From: an uncultured Acidobacteriota bacterium | GTDB taxonomy: Bacteria > Acidobacteriota > Blastocatellia > RBC074 | Direction: 5' to 3' | Assembly (NCBI GenBank): GCA_963699175.1 | Contig: OY969418.1 | Coordinates: 7,325,352-7,389,351, forward strand | Length of the DNA: 64,000 bases | Part shown: positions 56,430-64,000 of the stretch, one piece after another | Layout of the letters: each line of letters starts with the position of its first letter | Numbering within the stretch: the first letter of the stretch is position 1 | The notes under the pieces: model-generated | Database searches by the model: none | What the model was told of the DNA's origin: nothing | The model's input: only the letters and a program-made list of their open reading frames with translations | Translations under genes and position numbers: made by a program

Positions 56430-57176
56430 ATGAAGAAGCTACCTGTTTTGACGCTAATGCTGCTGTTGCTAGCTTGCCTGCAAGCGCAAGACAAGGTGGC
56501 AGGGCAATCAGCCAGCAAACCCGCCGACAAGCCGATCTACGAAACGCGCGCCAACCACGACCCCGAAGGCACGGGCAAGTTTTACCTGGGCCGCGAGATC
56601 GCGCACGTGATGGGCTACGCGGGCGCAAGCTGGCTGGAACGGCCAGGACGCGTCGAAGAAGAACAGCCCGACAAGGTCGTCGCCGAAATGAAGCTCAAGC
56701 CGACCGATGTAGTAGCTGATGTGGGCGCAGGCACGGGCTACTTTTCATTTCGCATCAGCCGCGTCGTCACACAGGGCAAGGTCTACGCGGTGGACATTCA
56801 GCCCGAAATGCTGAATGTCATTGAGCAGCGCAAACAGAAGCTGAAGGCCGAAAATGTCGTGGGCGTGCGCAGCACTGAAAAAGAAGTAAAGCTACCGGAC
56901 AATTCGGTAGACGTGGTGTTGATGGTAGATGTCTATCACGAGTTCGAGTTCCCCTACGAAATGATGCAGAGCATCAAGCGCGCGTTGAAGCCCGGCGGGC
57001 GCATCGTCCAGATCGAATATCGCGGCGAAGACCCGGACGTGCAGATCAAACGCACGCACAAGATGACTGTCGCTCAGGCGCGCAAGGAGATGGAGTTTGT
57101 TGGACTGGCCTGGAAAGAGACGAAAAGCTTCTTGCCGCAACAGCATTTCCTAGTCTTCGAGAAACCTGCCAAGTAG
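56430..57176 (+). CDS. secreted class I SAM-dependent methyltransferase
   Basis: Signal peptide. Motif I VADVGAGTGYFS. Confidence 0.8.
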   Translation: MKKLPVLTLMLLLLACLQAQDKVAGQSASKPADKPIYETRANHDPEGTGKFYLGREIAHVMGYAGASWLERPGRVEEEQPDKVVAEMKLKPTDVVADVGAGTGYFSFRISRVVTQGKVYAVDIQPEMLNVIEQRKQKLKAENVVGVRSTEKEVKLPDNSVDVVLMVDVYHEFEFPYEMMQSIKRALKPGGRIVQIEYRGEDPDVQIKRTHKMTVAQARKEMEFVGLAWKETKSFLPQQHFLVFEKPAK

Positions 57177-58480
57177 TGCAACTGAATCCCACCCAATCTG
57201 AATCTGCTTTGAGCTACGGCGAATTCGCGCGGCAGCTTTATGCTACGGGCATTCTCTCTGACCCGTGGCTCAATGGCCGCGAGCGGTTTCGCTTGTCCGC
57301 CGTGGTGCTCGCGCCGCAGCAATTGCAGGCACTTTACGTTGCAGCCGAACGTGTCGCGCATATCTATCACGAATTGGCCGAGATTGTTTTGGCTCGGCCT
57401 GAATTGCTGGATGAGTTCTTCGAGCTGACACCTTTTCAAAAGGCAATGTGGCTAGCCAGCGAAGGCCGCTGGCACGGCATCGCGCGTGTTGATCTGTTTG
57501 TTTGCACGGATGGCCGCGTCCGCGCGTGCGAGTTGAATTCCGACACGCCGTCGGGCGAAGCTGAAACCGTGCTGCTCAATCAACTGCTGCACCCTTATTA
57601 TCCGAACACCGCAGACCCGAACACAGCGTTTGCCGAACGCTTCTGGCAAATGCTGCAAGTTTCGCAACAAGCCACTGTCTCCCGCTCTCTTGCTCTCCCG
57701 CTCTCCCACTCACTGCAACGCGCAGCAATCATCTATCCCACGGATATGCCGGAAGATTTAAGCATGATCGCGCTCTATCGGCACTGGCTTGAAGCGCGCG
57801 GTTGCGAGGTCGTGCTCGGTTCTCCGTATAACCTGGGCTTGGATGAGCAGCGGCGCGTGACCGTGTTGGGCAAGCCGGTCGAACTCATCATTCGTCATTA
57901 CAAGACCGATTGGTGGGGCGAGCGCGAATTGATCTGGGAAAATCAGACGCCTTATCCCGATCCTGATCCGTTGGAGCGCGAGTTATTGCTGTTGCTTGAA
58001 GCAGAGAACGAAGGGCGCGTGACGGTGGTCAATCCTTTTGGCGCAGTGGTGACGCAGAACAAGCTGGCGATGGCGTTGATGTGGGAGCGGCAGGAATTGT
58101 TTTCAGCGCAAGCGCGTGAATGGATCATTGAACACATCCCAGAGACGCGCCGCCTGGCGGTGTTGGACGCAGAGCAATTGCCGCGCGAGGAGTGGGTGTT
58201 GAAATCGGATTATGGGTGCGAAGGCGATTCGGTGGTGATTGGCGTGTTTACTAAACTGAGTGATTGGCGTTTGGTCTTGGCCACGACGATTAAGGAGCAT
58301 TGGGTAGCGCAACGCTTCTTTGAAGTCGCACCAGTTGTCGAAGCTGAAAACAAACTGTTGCCGAATTACGGGGTCTATTTGCTAGGCGGGCGCGCAGCCG
58401 GATTATTCACGCGCTTGTCTCAACAGGCGACCGATTACACTTCAGTGACCGCGCCGACGTTTGTTGTGGCGGCTGACTAG
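57176..58480 (+). CDS. glutathionylspermidine-synthase-like ATP-grasp family protein
   Basis: GTG start overlapping the methyltransferase stop. ARVDL...ELNSDTPSG pattern of the GSP_synth pre-ATP-grasp family. Tentative. Confidence 0.55.
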   Translation: MQLNPTQSESALSYGEFARQLYATGILSDPWLNGRERFRLSAVVLAPQQLQALYVAAERVAHIYHELAEIVLARPELLDEFFELTPFQKAMWLASEGRWHGIARVDLFVCTDGRVRACELNSDTPSGEAETVLLNQLLHPYYPNTADPNTAFAERFWQMLQVSQQATVSRSLALPLSHSLQRAAIIYPTDMPEDLSMIALYRHWLEARGCEVVLGSPYNLGLDEQRRVTVLGKPVELIIRHYKTDWWGERELIWENQTPYPDPDPLERELLLLLEAENEGRVTVVNPFGAVVTQNKLAMALMWERQELFSAQAREWIIEHIPETRRLAVLDAEQLPREEWVLKSDYGCEGDSVVIGVFTKLSDWRLVLATTIKEHWVAQRFFEVAPVVEAENKLLPNYGVYLLGGRAAGLFTRLSQQATDYTSVTAPTFVVAAD

Positions 58481-58666
58481 CCTATTTTGACTTAGGGCGC
58501 GCGCCGGTTAAGATAGTGGCCATCTCATCGGTAGAGAAAACTTTACACCACAGTCCCGATGGTCGCCCACTTGGGTCGGGCGCAAAAGTTTAATCGTACC
58601 CCCGATTGATGCCTTAAATTCCCGCATGGCTTCATCATTTTCCGATCATCTTTGGAGTTAAGCAGT

Positions 58667-61600
58667 ATGCAATGGCGAGCGATTTCTAGCAGTGTGTTCT
58701 TGGTCTGTGTGTTGGTGGCCGCGCAATGGATGTGGTTGTCAGGCACTAGCTCTGTGGCTGCTAATCCGCGTGAATTAAAGCTGGTTAGCAAGTACCAAAC
58801 GATCACTGGCACGCTGGAAGGCAACGTTATAGATGCCGCCGGGATAGGCATCCCACAGGCGACGGTAACGGTTACCAACGAAGAGACCGGCAATCCACGC
58901 AGCATGCGGACAAATGACGAAGGTCATTACTCGTTCAGGCTTTTGCCGATGGGCATCTATAAAGTTGAGGCCTCCAAAGAAGGCTTTGTGGCGAGGGCGG
59001 ACGCTAGCAATCTGATTAAGGTCAAGCTCAACGCGGTTGCGTTGAAAGCGCCTCCGATTACTTTGGTACCAGCAGCGGCCACGCCCGCGCCGTTACCAAC
59101 GCCACCGCCTGTGGCTGCTCAGAGTGATGAAGTCACGACGGGGCAACTTGCTAATCAATTCGACGCGACGCGCCGGTCGAATACTGACGAGAGCCAACTG
59201 CTTGGCTTGCCGTTGGCCGATAGCCGCACTTTTGACGTGCTAGCCACGCTGGCCGCAGGCGTAGCACCGCCGCCGCAAGTCAAAGGTGTCGCTGGCCCAG
59301 GCATCGGCGCTGGCATCGGCACGGCAGGACAATTTGCAGTGAACGGTCAGCGCGCGCGCTCCAATAACTTCACTGTAGACGGTTCAGACAACAACGATGA
59401 AGACGTGGGTGTGCGCCGCCAGGGCTTCGCCGCGCTGGTGCCGCAGAGCGTTGAGAGCGTCAAAGAGATTCAGATCGTCACGCACCTGTGGGATGCCGAA
59501 GCCGGGCGCAGCAGCGGCTCGCAGGTCAACGCCGTCTCACGCTCGGGCGCGAACCAGGTGCACGGGACGCTTTACGATTTCTTCAATCACGACGCGCTCA
59601 ACGCGCGCAACTTCTTCGATTACATGTCGGACAAGGCACAGAGCTATGCTTTGACAGCGACAGCGATCAGCCGGTTCCAGAATGGCCAACCAGCCAGCAC
59701 GCGCCTGCTACCTGTTGTAGTGCGCAGCGCAGGGCAAGTTGTTCAGCCCAACCCCTCATTGGACAAAGATCAGTTTCAGCGCAATCAAGGCGGCGGAGTG
59801 ATTGGCTTCCCGTTGCGCAAAGACAAGACTTTCTTCTTCGGTTCTTTTGAACGGCAGGACGTGAAGGCGCGCCAGGAGCAGCATTTCTCTGTGCCGACGG
59901 TGGCGCAGCGCGGGTTCCTGAACTTCGGCGCATCGGGTTATAACATTAGCGGGCAAGACCCGCGCGATTGTTGCTTTCCAACTTCGATTGTAGGCGATGC
60001 GGTCTTCTCGCTCTTTCCTTTCCCGAACAATCCGATTGGGCCGTATGGCGCAAACACTTATACGCAAGTGCTGCCTGCCGATGGTTCGGCCACTATCTTT
60101 TCGGGCAAGGTGGATCACAGCTTCAAGACCTGGGGCCACGATCACATAGTAACGGCGCGTTACAACTTCACGAATGATGAACGCATTGTGCCCTCGGTTG
60201 GTGGCGCGCTTTTTTCAAGCCTGATTCCGCGCGTGGGCACACAGAATCTTTCGCTCTTCCTCAACTCGCAGCTTTCCGACAAGCTGGCGAATCAACTGCG
60301 CGCCAGCTACGGACGCACGCGGTTGCGGTTTGATGAGAAACGGGACGCCTATCTGTCGCCCTCAACCTTCACGCCGAAGGAACCGTTTCTGCTCAATGCC
60401 GGCTTATTGACCAATCAAAGCACACCACCGACTCAACCCGGGCAGCCACCGTTGGCTTATGTGGACTATATTCGTAGCAGCCGCACGGCTGACGAACAAT
60501 TGGGTACGATTGGCCAATTGATTGTTGCGCCCTACAGCCCGTTGGGGCTGGACGTTTACCTCTTCCCCCAAGGGCGTGCTAACAACACCATTCAAACGGC
60601 TGATGCCTTGACGCAATTCAGCGGCGATCACACATTCAAATACGGCTTCGACGTGCGCCGCACGCAGCTCAACAGCTTTCTCAATCGCAACTATCGCCCG
60701 CAAGTCGTCTTTGGCGGCACGCCGGATTTGACCAACTCGCCTTTCGTGCAGGAGTTCGCTTCGCGGATACCGTTTAAGAACCCTAGCCAATTTGGCCCGA
60801 CGCCCGGCTTTTTCAGCGGCACCGATCTGGCCGCGCTCGGCATCCCGACCAGCATCTCGCAAGCCTTGGCGCTCAACACGCCTGATTCAACGATTGGCTT
60901 GCGGTTTTGGCAACTGAACTTTTTCTTCAACGATAACTGGCGCGTGCGGCGCGGACTGACGCTTGACTACGGGTTGCGGTACGAACTCAACACCGTGCCC
61001 AAAGAAGTCAATCAGCGCATCGAAAAAACCTTCGCGCTCGACCAACTGCCCGCGAATGATACGAGCCTGCGCATCGCTGCGCCCTTCACCAATGCGCGAA
61101 CGATCTATGATTCCCAGCGCCTGCTCGGCTCGCTCAACGCTACGCTGGATGCCTACCGCCGCATCCTGGGCGGGCGCGAAAGCATCTACGAGACCGACCG
61201 CAACAACTTTGGCCCGCATTTCAGCCTGGCCTGGGACCCGCTGGCTGGCAGCAAAACGCAGGCGGGCAAAACCGCTGTGCGCGCAGGCTTCGGCGTCTAC
61301 TACGATCTGAATTTGGGTAGCGTCGTGAGCCAGTCGCGCAACGTCTTCCCCACATTCATCCCGTTCAACGTTGACGCGAACACTTTCTTTTACGCCCGCG
61401 ATGCCTTCTCTGTATTCGGCCAGCCGTACGGCATCTTCAATCCGCGCTTTGTACCCGTGGATGTAGTCAGCGGCAATCGTTTCACGCACTACGGCTTGAT
61501 TGCGCCACAACAGTTGAATGCGATTCAGCTTCCGAGCGGTGTATTGCAACAGTTGTTAGGGTTGCTGTTCGATCCGAGCATCGGTGGCGGCCGTCCTTCG

Positions 61601-62656
61601 GGTGGCGGGCTGGCTTTTACCTTGCCTGACCGAAATCTGCGCACGCCCTACACGCTGCAATACAACCTGCAAATCGAGCGCGAGTTGTCCAAAGACTTGC
61701 TCGCCAACCTGGCTTACGTCGGCAGCAGAGGCGTCAAGCTGACGCGCTTTCGCACGCCGAATGGCGGCCCAAATTCGATTCCGATTCCGATTGATCCGTT
61801 AGGCTTGATCTTCGATGAAGCCGTTCCCACGATTCCGGCAATTGCCTTGCCGCCGCTCGGCAATCCGAGTTCGTCGCGCCCGACACGTCCCATTGCCGAA
61901 CTCGGCGCGTTCACGATCTTTGATTCGTCGGCAGCCTCGAACTATCATTCCTTGCAAGCGAGTGTGACCAAACGTTATTCAAGAGGCTATCAGTTCACCG
62001 CCGCCTACACGCTGTCGCACGCGATTGATGATGTGTCGGACGTTTTCGATCTGGCAGGCGCGTTCGTGTTGCCGCAAGCCGACCGTGACTTGCGCGCGGA
62101 ACGTGCCGACGCCAACTTCGACGTGCGCCACCGCTTTGTGTGGAGTGCGGTGTCCAATGTGCCGCTGCTGAATCGTTTCAACAACAAGAAAGGCGCGACG
62201 GGTTTACTGCTGGGCAATTGGCAATTCGCCGCGCTCTCGACTTATCAAACCGGGCAGCCCTTCACAGTCAACACGAGTTATGACATCAACCTGGATGGCA
62301 ACTTGACTGATCGCCTTGACAGCTTGAACGGTTTGCAGATTCTCGACGAGCGACAGCGGCGCTTGGCACTGACAGGCACGGCCGCGAGTTTGCTCGCGCC
62401 GCTCGGAAGAAACGGCAGCGTCGGGCGCAACACCTTTCGCGCGGCAGGCGTGGCCAAGACCGATTTGGCCGTCTTCAAAAATTTCAGGTTCCGCAACGAA
62501 CAATCGCTGCTGTTCCGCGTCGAAGTTTTCAATCTCTGGAATCGCACGCACTTTGCGATTCCCGTGCGCGTGCTGGAAGCGCCTAGCTTCGGTAGCTCCA
62601 CAGACACGCTGTTCAATCCACGGCAAATACAGTTTGCGTTGAAGTATGTGTTTTAA
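58667..62656 (+). CDS. TonB-dependent receptor-like outer-membrane protein with N-terminal CarboxypepD_reg domain
   Basis: ATG 58667 with GGAG SD. Signal peptide. CarboxypepD_reg (TLEGNVIDAAG...ATVTVTNEETG...GHYSF). About 1330 aa. C-terminal ...ALKYVF ends in Phe. Confidence 0.8.
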   Translation: MQWRAISSSVFLVCVLVAAQWMWLSGTSSVAANPRELKLVSKYQTITGTLEGNVIDAAGIGIPQATVTVTNEETGNPRSMRTNDEGHYSFRLLPMGIYKVEASKEGFVARADASNLIKVKLNAVALKAPPITLVPAAATPAPLPTPPPVAAQSDEVTTGQLANQFDATRRSNTDESQLLGLPLADSRTFDVLATLAAGVAPPPQVKGVAGPGIGAGIGTAGQFAVNGQRARSNNFTVDGSDNNDEDVGVRRQGFAALVPQSVESVKEIQIVTHLWDAEAGRSSGSQVNAVSRSGANQVHGTLYDFFNHDALNARNFFDYMSDKAQSYALTATAISRFQNGQPASTRLLPVVVRSAGQVVQPNPSLDKDQFQRNQGGGVIGFPLRKDKTFFFGSFERQDVKARQEQHFSVPTVAQRGFLNFGASGYNISGQDPRDCCFPTSIVGDAVFSLFPFPNNPIGPYGANTYTQVLPADGSATIFSGKVDHSFKTWGHDHIVTARYNFTNDERIVPSVGGALFSSLIPRVGTQNLSLFLNSQLSDKLANQLRASYGRTRLRFDEKRDAYLSPSTFTPKEPFLLNAGLLTNQSTPPTQPGQPPLAYVDYIRSSRTADEQLGTIGQLIVAPYSPLGLDVYLFPQGRANNTIQTADALTQFSGDHTFKYGFDVRRTQLNSFLNRNYRPQVVFGGTPDLTNSPFVQEFASRIPFKNPSQFGPTPGFFSGTDLAALGIPTSISQALALNTPDSTIGLRFWQLNFFFNDNWRVRRGLTLDYGLRYELNTVPKEVNQRIEKTFALDQLPANDTSLRIAAPFTNARTIYDSQRLLGSLNATLDAYRRILGGRESIYETDRNNFGPHFSLAWDPLAGSKTQAGKTAVRAGFGVYYDLNLGSVVSQSRNVFPTFIPFNVDANTFFYARDAFSVFGQPYGIFNPRFVPVDVVSGNRFTHYGLIAPQQLNAIQLPSGVLQQLLGLLFDPSIGGGRPSGGGLAFTLPDRNLRTPYTLQYNLQIERELSKDLLANLAYVGSRGVKLTRFRTPNGGPNSIPIPIDPLGLIFDEAVPTIPAIALPPLGNPSSSRPTRPIAELGAFTIFDSSAASNYHSLQASVTKRYSRGYQFTAAYTLSHAIDDVSDVFDLAGAFVLPQADRDLRAERADANFDVRHRFVWSAVSNVPLLNRFNNKKGATGLLLGNWQFAALSTYQTGQPFTVNTSYDINLDGNLTDRLDSLNGLQILDERQRRLALTGTAASLLAPLGRNGSVGRNTFRAAGVAKTDLAVFKNFRFRNEQSLLFRVEVFNLWNRTHFAIPVRVLEAPSFGSSTDTLFNPRQIQFALKYVF

Positions 62657-62681
62657 GAAATAGAGCGGCATCAAGGCTGAA

Positions 62682-62705
62682 GCCGAACGGCTCGGCGCTT
62701 TTCTG
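62682..62705 (+). terminator. possible rho-independent terminator
   Basis: GCCGAACGGCTCGGC hairpin followed by GCTTTTCT. Confidence 0.35.
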
Positions 62706-62797
62706 GGCGCGGGAATCGAATTGAATTATGCTTGAGGCTGAGTTACAAACATCCCGCAGATAATTTCAAAAAGCAATCAAACAGTCTTCAAACATAA

Positions 62798-64000
<1,203 letters not shown>

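Overview
The window is a high-GC (about 60 %) bacterial chromosomal segment, most plausibly from Acidobacteriota. Evidence for that placement: two secreted proteins end in the Solibacter-type C-terminal module (TIGR03437-like), there is a very large TonB-dependent receptor with an N-terminal CarboxypepD_reg domain, and several NHL or PD40 beta-propeller surface proteins are present. No rRNA and no CRISPR array were found.

Left to right the window contains:
- a small hypothetical gene, a class-II tRNA-like gene and an IS1-family single-ORF transposase;
- hutH-hutU tightly followed by a ycaQ/AlkZ-like gene;
- a HigB/HigA-like toxin-antitoxin pair;
- a Ser/Thr kinase-TM-FGE(SUMF1) fusion;
- uvrB;
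- a CadC-like wHTH-TolB propeller protein;
- a secreted retropepsin-like protease, a tandem-YciI secreted protein and an SDR;
- two Soli_cterm secreted proteins;
- an ECF sigma / anti-sigma / DUF4097 operon and an NAD-dependent epimerase;
- a roughly 1800-aa NHL/HYR/PKD/IPT surface protein;
- pgsA and nadE;
- a compact bacterial-microcompartment (BMC) locus, all on the minus strand: rex - class II aldolase carrying a C-terminal encapsulation-peptide-like helix - small ORF - BMC-H - BMC-P, translationally followed by a hicB-like/hicA/hicB triad;
- ruvA - [low-GC Fic gene inserted] - ruvB - queA;
- a GNAT acetyltransferase and a Lys/Ala-rich + TPR protein;
- an amidase_2-Soli_cterm protein and a COG1533-type radical SAM protein;
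- a secreted S8 protease and a metzincin protease that share a near-identical C-terminal module, followed by a GT-C-like membrane protein;
- a TIR-TM-FGE receptor-like protein next to a DUF4258 / two YgiT zinc-finger module;
- a methyltransferase, a GspS-like ATP-grasp protein, the TonB-dependent receptor and a partial enolase.

Several distinct long inverted repeats and a dispersed GTAGACAGTAG repeat family occupy intergenic regions.

The most interesting candidates are the minimal BMC locus and the TIR-TM-FGE protein. Coordinates derived from my own reading of the sequence may be off by 1-2 nt.
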